Source: Elusimicrobia bacterium GWA2_61_42 (lineage in GTDB: Bacteria; Elusimicrobiota; Elusimicrobia; Elusimicrobiales; UBA9959). From it: a stretch of DNA of 64,000 nt. Below are positions 51,779-60,431 of this stretch, in pieces. A program made the position numbers and the translations under genes. The DNA lies in contig MGTU01000021.1 of NCBI GenBank assembly GCA_001799615.1, forward strand, positions 27,268 through 91,267. Reading direction: 5' to 3'. Positions within the stretch are counted from its first letter, which is position 1; every line of letters starts with the position of its first letter. The notes under the pieces were generated by a model that had not been told where the DNA came from, did no database searches, and saw only the letters and a program-made list of their open reading frames with translations.

Positions 51779-52567
51779 ATGGATATAGCGACATTTACCG
51801 GGATCATAGTTTTCATGGGCTTCGTTTTCGGGGCCATCTACCTCGGCGAGGGCATAGCGGGCTTCAAGCCTTTCATCAACGCCGAAGCCTTCCTGATGGT
51901 CATGGGCGGCACTTTCTGCGCCCTGCTAGTCAATTTCCCGTTGTCCTCCGTCATCGGCGTGACCAAAGTGCTTAAGAAAGTGCTTACCTCGAAAGGCGAG
52001 GATACTTCCAAACTGGTTTCCACCTTCGTGTCTCTTTCCCAGAAGGCCAAGAAAGAGGGCTTCCTGGCCCTTGAAGCCGACGCCAAGGCCATCGATAACG
52101 ATTTCCTCAAGCGCGGCGTGCAGCTGGTCATCGACGGCGCGGACCACGAGTTCATCCGCAACATGCTCGAGACCGAGATCGACTTTATCCGCGAGCGCCA
52201 CAAGGCGGGCCGCGAGATCTTCAACGCCCTGGGCACCTACGCCCCGGCTTTCGGCATCATCGGCACCGTGCTGGGCATGATCATGATGTTGTCCTCCATC
52301 GACGACGTGGCGCAGGTGCCGCGCCGCATGGCGCTGGCCCTGGCGGCCGCGTTCTACGGCCTGGGCTCGGGCTACTGGCTTTTCATGCCCATGGCCGGCA
52401 AGCTCAAGCACCGCTCGGAAGAAGAACTTTTCGTTAAAGAGATCATCATCCGCGGCGTGCTGCTGCTGCAGAGCGGCGCCACCCCCAGCGTGGTGGAAGC
52501 CAACCTCAAGGCCTACCTGGAGCCCGACAAGCGCAAGACCGTGACCAAAGAGGCCCCGGCCGCCTGA
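51779..52567 (+). CDS. motA: MotA stator subunit
   Basis: MDIAT-x2-G; MVMGGT; AKKEGFLALE (R90/E98-equivalent region); FLKRGVQLVIDG; YAPAFGIIGTVLGMI; FMPMAGKL. Confidence 0.93.
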   Translation: MDIATFTGIIVFMGFVFGAIYLGEGIAGFKPFINAEAFLMVMGGTFCALLVNFPLSSVIGVTKVLKKVLTSKGEDTSKLVSTFVSLSQKAKKEGFLALEADAKAIDNDFLKRGVQLVIDGADHEFIRNMLETEIDFIRERHKAGREIFNALGTYAPAFGIIGTVLGMIMMLSSIDDVAQVPRRMALALAAAFYGLGSGYWLFMPMAGKLKHRSEEELFVKEIIIRGVLLLQSGATPSVVEANLKAYLEPDKRKTVTKEAPAA

Positions 52568-52626
52568 CGGAAGGGATAGCGCGGTAAGCGGAGCAAGCCG
52601 CTTAAAGGAAGCGAGGACCTGAATTT

Positions 52627-53415
52627 ATGCGGGGAAGAGTAAAAGGCATGATACCGGAGGACGATAAAAGGGTTTCCCCCATGGGAGAGCCCGCGCCCCC
52701 ATGGATGGTCAATTACGCCGACCTCATGACGGAAATGGTGTGTTTCTTCGTCATCCTCTACGCGCTCAGCGCCGCCCTCAACAAGGACATGCAGAAAGCG
52801 CAGCAGGAAGTGCAGGACATGATCAAGGAGGGCAAGATGTCCGGCCAGGTGGCCATGGACAAAGAGGGCATGCGCATAACCCTCGAGGAACAGAGCCAGA
52901 TAGCTTTTTTCGAGAGCGGCAAAGCCGACCTGACGGACCAGATGCGGGTGCAGATGGATAAGCTGGCCCCGGTGCTGCGCAAGCTTTCCGAAAAGCACGA
53001 CATCATCGTGGAGGGGCATACCGACAATATCCCCATAGCCACCAAGCAGTACGCCTCCAACTGGGAGCTTTCCTCGGCGCGCGCCACCAGCGTGGTCAAG
53101 TTCCTGCTGGGGTCCGATTTCAAGCCCAAGCGCCTGGCCGCCGTAGGTTACGGCGAGAACCACCCTATCGTGCCGAACGACAGCGAAACCAGCAGGCGCA
53201 AGAACCGGCGCGTGGTGTTCTTCATAAAGAACAATCCCTATCCCGAGGCCTCCCCGGCGACGGGTCCGCCCGCGGTGCTTAAACCGGGCGAAGGGGCCCC
53301 GGCCGCGGACGCGCAGCCGCCCGCACCCCTGGAGAACGCCCCGGCGGAAGAGATCCAGGCGGCGGAAGAACCTCTGCCCGCGGAAGAACCGGCTCCGGCC
53401 GAAGAGGGGCAGTGA
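52627..53415 (+). CDS. motB: MotB stator subunit
   Basis: W-x-V-x-YADLMT-x3-CFF TM with the conserved ion-binding Asp (codon 52720-52722). OmpA-like peptidoglycan-binding domain VEGHTDN...NWELSSARA...VGYGE...NRRV. Confidence 0.93.
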   Translation: MRGRVKGMIPEDDKRVSPMGEPAPPWMVNYADLMTEMVCFFVILYALSAALNKDMQKAQQEVQDMIKEGKMSGQVAMDKEGMRITLEEQSQIAFFESGKADLTDQMRVQMDKLAPVLRKLSEKHDIIVEGHTDNIPIATKQYASNWELSSARATSVVKFLLGSDFKPKRLAAVGYGENHPIVPNDSETSRRKNRRVVFFIKNNPYPEASPATGPPAVLKPGEGAPAADAQPPAPLENAPAEEIQAAEEPLPAEEPAPAEEGQ

Positions 53416-53437
53416 CGAACTCGCAACGGTGAATCAC

Positions 53438-54199
53438 ATGAAAAAGATCAAGACCGGTTTAAAACTTTCGCTGCTGTTCCTGCTGGCGCAGACGCTGGCC
53501 GGCTGCGGCGGTTTCAAGAGCCTTAAAGTGGTGGACTTCACGGACCAGCGCGTGGGCGACCTCTCGCTGACCAAGAAAGTTACCGGCAAAAAAGAATTCC
53601 TGTTCTTCTCCACCACCAAGATGGGGATGTTCCTGGACGGCAATATCCAGGGCGTGATAACCGATTACCAGGGCAACCCTATAGAGGGCGTCACCGTAAA
53701 GGTGCAGCCCGACGCCGGCAAGTCCAAGACCGGCGCGGGTGAGGCGGCCGGCGAATACGAGGGGGGGCCCGAAGAGAACGCCAACGCCGTCATCAACCTT
53801 TCTTTCGCGCCAGGCATCAGCGATACCATGGGCCTTTACAAGATACATTTCTCGCTGCCGGTGGTGGACAAAGAGGTGGACGTGCGCGGTAAACTGGTCT
53901 ATAACCCCGGCTGGGACCAGCAGAAGATGAACCTGGGCAAGGCCTACGAACCGCAGCAGAAAGAATCCCCTTTCAGGCTTTACTACAGCATGGACACCGG
54001 CTTCCTGGCTTTCGCCGAGGGCGTGCGCAAGATCATCGTGCAGCCGGTCGGGGAAGGCCGCGGCCGCATGCAGGCGCTGCCGGGCTCCAAGGGCCCGGAA
54101 CCCGCCAAGCCGGCCGCCGGGACCCCCGCCGAGGGCGCCCCCGCCGGCGGCAACCAGGCCGAGGAAGACCTGTTCAAAGGCTTCGATTTCGGCCAATAA
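53438..54199 (+). CDS. Lipoprotein with carboxypeptidase-regulatory/transthyretin-like beta-sandwich
   Basis: Lipobox LAGC after a K-rich n-region; IQGVITDYQGNPIEGVTVKV motif. Last gene before a strong terminator. A GTG at 53429 is an alternative start. Confidence 0.75.
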   Translation: MKKIKTGLKLSLLFLLAQTLAGCGGFKSLKVVDFTDQRVGDLSLTKKVTGKKEFLFFSTTKMGMFLDGNIQGVITDYQGNPIEGVTVKVQPDAGKSKTGAGEAAGEYEGGPEENANAVINLSFAPGISDTMGLYKIHFSLPVVDKEVDVRGKLVYNPGWDQQKMNLGKAYEPQQKESPFRLYYSMDTGFLAFAEGVRKIIVQPVGEGRGRMQALPGSKGPEPAKPAAGTPAEGAPAGGNQAEEDLFKGFDFGQ

Positions 54200-54229
54200 A
54201 CTGTACCGGAGGTTCAACCTCCGGACGCG

Positions 54230-54257
54230 AAAAAGAGGGCTCAGGCCCTCTTTTTTT
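54230..54257. terminator. Intrinsic (bidirectional-type) terminator ending the motor operon
   Basis: AAAAAGAGGGC-tcag-GCCCTCTTTTTTT, preceded by hairpin CCGGAGGT-tca-ACCTCCGG (54206-54224). Confidence 0.85.
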
Positions 54258-54299
54258 ATTCCTGCCGCCGCGGGCAAAATAATAGAATAGTACCGGACT

Positions 54300-55379
54300 A
54301 TGAAGAAAAAGATCGTGGTAGCCATGTCCGGGGGAGTGGACTCCTCCGTCACCGCGGCCCTGCTTAAGAAAGAGGGCTACGAGGTGGTGGGCGTGACCTT
54401 GCGCCTGTTCTCGGAGCGCAGGGACGCGGTCAAGTGCTGCGGCGGAGCGGACAGCGCGGCCAAAGCGCGCGCCTCGGCCCAGGCCATAGGCATACGTCAT
54501 TATTTCAAGAGCGCGCAGGGTCTCTTTTCAAAGGCGGTCATCGGGGATTTTGTCAGCGGCTACCTGGCCGGTTCCACCCCTAACCCCTGCGTGGAATGCA
54601 ACCGCCACCTGAAGTTCTCCTACCTTTTCGATCTGGCCCGCTCGATGGGCGCGGAATACCTCGCCACGGGCCACTACGCCGTGATCAAAAAAGAAGAGGG
54701 GGAATACGGGCTTTACCGGGGGGCCGACCCGCTGAAGGACCAGAGTTATTTCCTGTACTGCCTTAAGAAGCAGCAGCTGGGCCGGCTGCTGTTCCCGCTG
54801 GGCGGGCTGACAAAAAAAGAGGTGCGCCGCCTGGCCGCGGAATTCTCCCTGCCGACGGCCTCCGAGCCCGAATCCAACGATATCTGTTTTGTTACGGAAG
54901 GCAACTACGACCTGTACCTTAAAAAGACAGCCGGCATAAAGCCCAAGCCGGGCTATATCCTGGACCTGGCCGGCCGCCGCATAGGCCGGCATAACGGCTT
55001 CTTTAATTTTACCGTTGGTCAGCGGCGCGGTACGGGCGTTTACGGCGGCGCGCGGCTTTACGTGACGGAGATCCGGCCCGAAACCAACGAGGTGGTGCTG
55101 GGGCCGCTCGAGGCCGCGCACAGCTCCGCTTTCGCCGTGCGGGACGTTAACTGGCTGGCCGCGCCCGCGGCCGCGGAGTTCCAGTCGGCCGTTCAGATCC
55201 GCTACAGGCACAAACCCGCGGCCTGCGCGGTGCGCCTTTCCGGCTCAGGCGCCGGCGTCAGCCTCGCCAAGCCGCAGTTCGCGGTAGCTCCGGGCCAGTC
55301 CGCCGTTTTTTACTCCGGGGACAGGGTGCTGGGCGGCGGGATAATAACAAATAGTAAAATAAAGGGCGGCGGGGAGTGA
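54300..55379 (+). CDS. mnmA: tRNA 2-thiouridine(34) synthase
   Basis: AMSGGVDS PP-loop, TPNPCVECN, ATGHYA, KDQSYFL, ES-x-DICF, TVGQRRG, PGQSAVFY. Confidence 0.95.
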   Translation: MKKKIVVAMSGGVDSSVTAALLKKEGYEVVGVTLRLFSERRDAVKCCGGADSAAKARASAQAIGIRHYFKSAQGLFSKAVIGDFVSGYLAGSTPNPCVECNRHLKFSYLFDLARSMGAEYLATGHYAVIKKEEGEYGLYRGADPLKDQSYFLYCLKKQQLGRLLFPLGGLTKKEVRRLAAEFSLPTASEPESNDICFVTEGNYDLYLKKTAGIKPKPGYILDLAGRRIGRHNGFFNFTVGQRRGTGVYGGARLYVTEIRPETNEVVLGPLEAAHSSAFAVRDVNWLAAPAAAEFQSAVQIRYRHKPAACAVRLSGSGAGVSLAKPQFAVAPGQSAVFYSGDRVLGGGIITNSKIKGGGE

Positions 55380-55412
55380 TCTTCCCGGCGGCGCCCGCTC
55401 ACGAAGGACATC

Positions 55413-56492
55413 ATGAAAAAGAAAATAGGCGTAATTTTCGGCGGCAAATCGGCGGAACACGAAGTCTCGATAGAATCCGCCAAGACGGTCTGCGCCGGGC
55501 TTGAAAAGGCCGGGTTCAAAGCGCTGCCGCTCTACGCGCCGCGCGCCGGCGGCTGGCGCCTCGTTCCGCTGAAAGCTCTCCTGGCCGGCGGGCGGCTTTC
55601 AGGGCCTGAGATCGAGCCCTCCCTGGCGTCCGGGAGCTTTCTTAAAAAAGGCGGCGGCCGCGTCAGGCCCGACGCGCTTTTCCCCATAATACACGGTTCT
55701 ACCGGCGAGGACGGCGTGCTGCAGGGCCTGCTGGAGCTGCTCGGCATCCCTTACGCCGGCTGCGGCGTTACCGCCTCGGCGGTAGGCATGGATAAGGTTA
55801 TCTCGAAGGAATTGGCGGCGCTGGACGGCGTGCCGGTGCTGCCGCACGTGGTGATCCGGGCGCACCAGCGCGGCTCGATGGGCCCGCTGCTCAAGAAAGC
55901 CCTGAAACTGGGCTTCCCGCTTTTCGTCAAGCCGGTCGCCCAGGGGTCCTCCGTGGGCGTCGCCAAGGTCAAGAACGCCGCCGGCCTGCGCCCGGCGGTG
56001 CTGAACGCTTTCCGTTTCGACACGGCCGTAATGATAGAGAAAGGCGTGGACCGCGCGCGCGAGATCGTGTGCGGGGTGCTGGGGTCCCCTTCCGGGGCCA
56101 AGGCCAGCGTGACGGGAGAGGTGGTGCCGAAAGGCAGCCATGAGTTCTTCGACTACGAGGCCAAGTATCTCGACAATGACGGGATGGATTTTTTGCTGCC
56201 GGCGCCGCTGTCGGCCGCTACGGCGGCGAGGATCAGGGAATTGACCGTGAGGATCTTCCTGGCGCTGGGCGGTTCCGGCATGGCCCGGGTAGATTTCTTC
56301 GTGGATCCCAAAGACGAGCGCAAAGTTTATTTCTGCGAGATAAATACTTTGCCCGGTTTTACCTCGCACAGCCTGTACCCGCGCCTGTGGGCGAAGACCG
56401 GCCTGGCGCCGGAAAAAGTGCTGAAGGAACTGGTGAACCTCGGCGTCCTGGCCATGGCCGCCCGGCGCCGCCTGGCGACTTCCAGAAGGTAG
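55413..56492 (+). CDS. ddl: D-alanine--D-alanine ligase
   Basis: GG-x-SAEHEVS, HGSTGEDG-x-LQGLLE, MDK, FVKP-x3-GSSVG, omega-loop FDYEAKY (Tyr, D-Ala-D-Ala type), EINTLPG. Confidence 0.95.
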   Translation: MKKKIGVIFGGKSAEHEVSIESAKTVCAGLEKAGFKALPLYAPRAGGWRLVPLKALLAGGRLSGPEIEPSLASGSFLKKGGGRVRPDALFPIIHGSTGEDGVLQGLLELLGIPYAGCGVTASAVGMDKVISKELAALDGVPVLPHVVIRAHQRGSMGPLLKKALKLGFPLFVKPVAQGSSVGVAKVKNAAGLRPAVLNAFRFDTAVMIEKGVDRAREIVCGVLGSPSGAKASVTGEVVPKGSHEFFDYEAKYLDNDGMDFLLPAPLSAATAARIRELTVRIFLALGGSGMARVDFFVDPKDERKVYFCEINTLPGFTSHSLYPRLWAKTGLAPEKVLKELVNLGVLAMAARRRLATSRR

Positions 56493-56512
56493 GCGCCGCG
56501 GTTCGCCGCGCA

Positions 56513-56548
56513 AAAGAAAAAGCCGCGGGCAGCCGCGGCTTTTTCTTT
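56513..56548. terminator. Bidirectional terminator between convergent genes
   Basis: Perfect 16-bp stem AAAGAAAAAGCCGCGG-gcag-CCGCGGCTTTTTCTTT. Confidence 0.9.
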
Positions 56549-56563
56549 ATCCGGGCCCGACGG

Positions 56564-58300
56564 TCACTGCTCGGTGCCGTCCTCGTCCTCGTAAACGTAC
56601 TCATATTCGTCTTCCGCGGCGGCCTGTTTGGGCGCGGCGGCTTTCCTGGGCTGCGCTTTCTGCCTGGGGGCGGCGGCGGCTTTCTTGGCCCTTGGGGCTT
56701 TCTGCCTTGCCTGCGGCCTGTTCGTCAGCCCGTTGAAAGCGGCCTTGCCGCCTTCGTCGGCCGGCAGCAGAGTTTTTTTGCCGTAATCCACCACAAAGGT
56801 ATAGGTGAGCTCTCCTTTCTTGCCCGGGATTACGGCGGCTATCTCGAAGATGCCTTCCAGGCCCTGCTTTACCTGCCAGTTCACCCTGTCGTAGTAGCCG
56901 CCTCCCGCCGCAGAAATTTCCGCTATCTTATTCTCAAGGGAGGGCCCGCCGGAAGTCGCCTTATAGGTACGGGTGAAATATATGATCTCAGGCGAGATGT
57001 CGGGAGCGGGAGCCTGTTTGGCCTGCTCCGCCGGCTGCGGCGCCTGCTGTTCCTGTGCGGCCGGGGCGGCTTCCGGCTGCGGTACGGCTTCCGCGCCCGG
57101 GATTTCCCCGGCGCCCGGCTCAGGCGCGGGGGCCTGTGCCTGCCCGACGAAAGGCAGCGGGAACGGGAGGAATACGGTGGCGTCGAAAATTCCGAAGTTC
57201 TTCAGGCCGACGACGGCGCCCAGAAGCACCGCGGCCAGCAGCGCCAGGGTAACGACCAGGCGGCCCGCTTTCTTTAGAGCAGGCCCTACCCTGGAAGGCT
57301 TGCTGCCGGTATCCGTTATTTTGGTGGCGGGCTGGGGTTCCTCTTTGGGCTTTTCCTCTTTGGCGGGGGCCTGCGCTCCGAACATCGTTTTAATGGGCGC
57401 TTCTTTTACCTGGGCCGGCGCTACCGACACTTGCGCCGCCGGGGGCTGGCCTTGCTTAAGGGAGGTCTTTATTTCGCCTACGGCGTTCTCGAGATAGGCG
57501 AGTTTGTCCATTATATCGCGCTGGAACTGCTGGTTCTTAATGGAAGAAATGACTTCCCCCATCTGGTCCAGTTTCAGGCGCAGGGGATCTATCGCCTGGG
57601 AAAGGTCCTGGCGGGTCAGGCCGTTGGATACCGGCTGGGCGGCCGCCGCGGGTTCGGGGGCAGGCGCTTGAGCGGGCGCGGGGGCGGAGAAAGCCGACGG
57701 CCGGGCGAAAGTTTCCAGTTCAGGGGCCCCGCCGGAGTTGAGGGCCGGTGCTGTAAAGCCGGGCGCGGGGGCCTCGAAGGGCGCGGCGGCCGGGGCTTCT
57801 TCCTGCCCGGAAAGGTTTTCAGCGCGGCGGCCTATCTGGGAGAGCGAGAGGGGATTGAAGTCGTTCGTAGCCTGCTGTGCGGCCCCGACGGGTTCCGGTT
57901 CGCTGTGCGCCTTGCCCAGGCGGTTTACGGAGATCTCGACGCCGCCGGACTTGTGGTCCGCGGGGGGCACGGGCTCTATGGAGGAGGCGGTAAGGGGTTT
58001 AAGGGTTACGGGGGCGGCGGCGGGTTCTGAAAGGGCGGGCTTGGGCGCCGGTTCGTGCGCCGGCTCGGGCGAGAAAGAGGCCGCCTGGGGAGGCGCGGAG
58101 GCCCTGGGGCCCGACATGCCGGCTCCCAGCAGCGCCGACAGCTCCGGGTAAGTGGCGGCTTCTTTCCAGTCTTCGGTCTTTTCTCCCACGGGGGTCTGCG
58201 GGCAGACGAGCAGGGAGGGCGAGAACGAAGGAAGTTCAAGAAGTTTTTCTTTCTCAAAAGGGCCGAGGATCTCGTTATTAACGTATGCCCAATATTTCAT
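56564..58300 (-). CDS. GYF_2-like domain membrane protein with Pro/Ala-rich linkers
   Basis: N-terminal YWAYVNNEILGPF...L...LVC...W...YPEL (GYF_2/DUF4339-like); short coiled coil; one TM (LVVTLALLAAVLLGAVVGL); extracytoplasmic domain; acidic tail. SD GGAG upstream. Confidence 0.7.
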   Translation of the reverse strand: MKYWAYVNNEILGPFEKEKLLELPSFSPSLLVCPQTPVGEKTEDWKEAATYPELSALLGAGMSGPRASAPPQAASFSPEPAHEPAPKPALSEPAAAPVTLKPLTASSIEPVPPADHKSGGVEISVNRLGKAHSEPEPVGAAQQATNDFNPLSLSQIGRRAENLSGQEEAPAAAPFEAPAPGFTAPALNSGGAPELETFARPSAFSAPAPAQAPAPEPAAAAQPVSNGLTRQDLSQAIDPLRLKLDQMGEVISSIKNQQFQRDIMDKLAYLENAVGEIKTSLKQGQPPAAQVSVAPAQVKEAPIKTMFGAQAPAKEEKPKEEPQPATKITDTGSKPSRVGPALKKAGRLVVTLALLAAVLLGAVVGLKNFGIFDATVFLPFPLPFVGQAQAPAPEPGAGEIPGAEAVPQPEAAPAAQEQQAPQPAEQAKQAPAPDISPEIIYFTRTYKATSGGPSLENKIAEISAAGGGYYDRVNWQVKQGLEGIFEIAAVIPGKKGELTYTFVVDYGKKTLLPADEGGKAAFNGLTNRPQARQKAPRAKKAAAAPRQKAQPRKAAAPKQAAAEDEYEYVYEDEDGTEQ

Positions 58301-58494
58301 AAGCGCTGTCTCCGTTGCGTCCGTTGCTGTTCTGGACTGAAAGGAATTATGCTTTTAATAATCTCTATAAATTCTACCCCAACCCTGTTACGGAAATAAT
58401 AACTAATAATTAAATAGTTTGTCGCGCGGTTCCCGGGCGGCCGCGGCGGCGGCGCCGTTACGGTGAAAACTTGTAATTATTGTACAATTGGCCT

Positions 58495-59358
58495 ATGGAT
58501 AATAAGTTCCTGCGCACGCTTATCTACGTCTTTTCCGGTCTTATCGTGGTTTTTACGCTGCTTATCCTGCTGAATTATTTCGGCAGCCTGGCGGGCAGGC
58601 GCGCGGACCTGCCGGGGCAGGAGAACTCCGGCAAAAAAGCCGCCGGGGCGGAGGCTTTGGCGCAGGAAGCGCTGGCCGCCGCCAAATATAGCGGCGGGGC
58701 CAGGGGGTCCATGATCCCTTCCTTCAGGCAGGGGCTTTCCAGCGCCGCCGTCAAGACCGAAGGGGCCATCATGCTGGTAAAGGAAAGATCTTTCGGCGGG
58801 GTGGCGGAGAAGCCCAAAGACATGCTGGAAGTCCTCAACGACCTGAGCGGCGGCAATAAGGGCAAACCTGCCCCCATAGCCCTCAAGGACGCTGACCTGG
58901 ATAAAAAGATAACGGTGGGGGGCGAGCCGGGCAAAGAGCCGCGCCTGGCCTCTTCTTCCATGCCCGAGCTGGGGCGCGGGCCGGCGCAGGAAGGCATTAC
59001 CCTGCTGAACGCGCCTGTGGATTATAAGATCTTCAAGAGTTCCGAGACCTGGTGGGCTTTCGCCGGTTCCCGCAAGTGCCGCTCCAACCCGGAGGCGTGG
59101 GGCGGGCTGAAGCAGGCGGTTTCCCCGCTCTCCGGCCCTGACTTCGCAAAAGAGTCCGTGATAGTGCTGGTCTCGGTGTCGGAATTGCCCAACGGCATCT
59201 TTAAAATAATGACGGTAGAAAAAACCGGCAAAGAGCTGCGCCTGGACTACAGGGTGGACCCGCTGGCCATGGCCGCCGGCGACGACGACCAGCACGATTT
59301 CTACTCGGCCGCCGTTATCCCCGGGGGACTGCCCGTGAAGCTGCGGCAGGTGCCCTGA
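58495..59358 (+). CDS. Membrane-anchored protein with C-terminal PrcB-like domain
   Basis: N-terminal TM (LIYVFSGLIVVFTLLILLNYF); C-terminal PDFAKESVIVLV...FKIMTVEKTGKELRLDYRV...AAVIP resembles PrcB-C. ATG 58495 is preferred over TTG 58480. Confidence 0.55.
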   Translation: MDNKFLRTLIYVFSGLIVVFTLLILLNYFGSLAGRRADLPGQENSGKKAAGAEALAQEALAAAKYSGGARGSMIPSFRQGLSSAAVKTEGAIMLVKERSFGGVAEKPKDMLEVLNDLSGGNKGKPAPIALKDADLDKKITVGGEPGKEPRLASSSMPELGRGPAQEGITLLNAPVDYKIFKSSETWWAFAGSRKCRSNPEAWGGLKQAVSPLSGPDFAKESVIVLVSVSELPNGIFKIMTVEKTGKELRLDYRVDPLAMAAGDDDQHDFYSAAVIPGGLPVKLRQVP

Positions 59359-59379
59359 AACTGAATTAAGGGTTGCGGC

Positions 59380-59418
59380 AAGGCCGCGCCTCCCCCGGGA
59401 GGCCGGCCTTATTTTTTT
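59380..59418 (+). terminator. Probable intrinsic terminator overlapping the pdxA stop
   Basis: AAGGCCG-cg-CCTCC-cccg-GGAGG-c-CGGCCTT followed by A and T7. Confidence 0.6.
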
Positions 59419-60335
59419 GCCAGCCTGGCGGCGAAAAGGATGGCTTCCCGCATGCCTGAGGCGTCCGCCTGGCCGCGGCCGGCCAGGTCGAAAGCCGTGC
59501 CGTGGGCGGGCGAGGTGCGCGTGAAGGAAAGGCCCCAGGTCCAATGCACGGCGGGGGCCGTGCCGGCCGCCGTCTTCAGGGGGGCCAGGGCCTGGTCGTG
59601 GTAAAGGGCCAGCAGGCCGTCGCTTTTTCCGGCCAGGTGCGCGGCCCAGGCGGCGTCCGTGGGGAGGGGGGCGCTGATGTTCAGGCCGGCGGCCCTGAGG
59701 GCGGCGGCCGCGGGACGGAGTACCTCTATCTCTTCACGGCCTATGACCCCGCCGTCCCCCGCGTGCGGGTTGAGCGCGCAAAGCGTTATGGCCGGCCTGC
59801 GCAGGCCCAGCGCCGCCAAGGCCCCGCTGAAAAGAACGGCTTTCTTTTTTACCAGCTCCCGGGTGATCTTCCGGCTCAGGTCCCTGATCGCCAGGTGTTC
59901 CGTCACCAGGGCCGCGTTTATTCTGCCCCTGGAGAAAAGCATGAGCGGCTCTTTCTTTTCCAGGAGCCGGAACAAGTCGGTGTGCGCCGGGGCCGGCGCT
60001 CCGGCCAGTTCCCAGGCTTCCTTTGAGATCGGGGCGGTGACCAGCGCCCTGAAAAAACCGGGCTGCATAAGGCCGGCCGCCAGCAGCACGGCTTCCAGGG
60101 AAGCTTTGCCGCCCGCCCGGGTAGGGCGGGGCCGGGAAAAGTCCAGCCCCCGGGCGTCCACCGGCAGCAGCGGGGCCAGCGCCGGGGTCCAGCCGGCGCG
60201 CTTCAGGGCCGCGGTATCGCCGGCTATAAAAGGGCTGCAGGCCCGCCTGACGGCGGCGCTTTTAAGGGCCTTTACCGTGATCTCCGGGCCTATGCCCAGG
60301 GGGTCTCCCGCAGTTATCAGTATGGATGGCTTCAC
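59409..60335 (-). CDS. pdxA: 4-hydroxythreonine-4-phosphate dehydrogenase
   Basis: ITAGDPLGIGPE, LVTAPISK, HT-x-L, LVTEH, LNPHAGDGG-x-IG-x-EE, YHDQ, RTSPAHGTAFDLAG; downstream of surA. Confidence 0.92.
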   Translation of the reverse strand: MKPSILITAGDPLGIGPEITVKALKSAAVRRACSPFIAGDTAALKRAGWTPALAPLLPVDARGLDFSRPRPTRAGGKASLEAVLLAAGLMQPGFFRALVTAPISKEAWELAGAPAPAHTDLFRLLEKKEPLMLFSRGRINAALVTEHLAIRDLSRKITRELVKKKAVLFSGALAALGLRRPAITLCALNPHAGDGGVIGREEIEVLRPAAAALRAAGLNISAPLPTDAAWAAHLAGKSDGLLALYHDQALAPLKTAAGTAPAVHWTWGLSFTRTSPAHGTAFDLAGRGQADASGMREAILFAARLAKK

Positions 60336-60431
60336 GTTGTATCCTGTCTCCGGCTGAAAAAGAATGAAGGCCGGGAAGTGAAAGATCTTCAGCTTTCAGC
60401 GCCTTCCGCGGCCTTCAGTTTCTTCCCCGCG

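Noticed and set aside
47084-53415. Ordinary flagellar operon
   Set aside because: No export, rod, hook, filament or FliM/N genes in the window, and FliF/FliG are truncated and fused. A flagellum encoded elsewhere cannot be excluded from this window alone.
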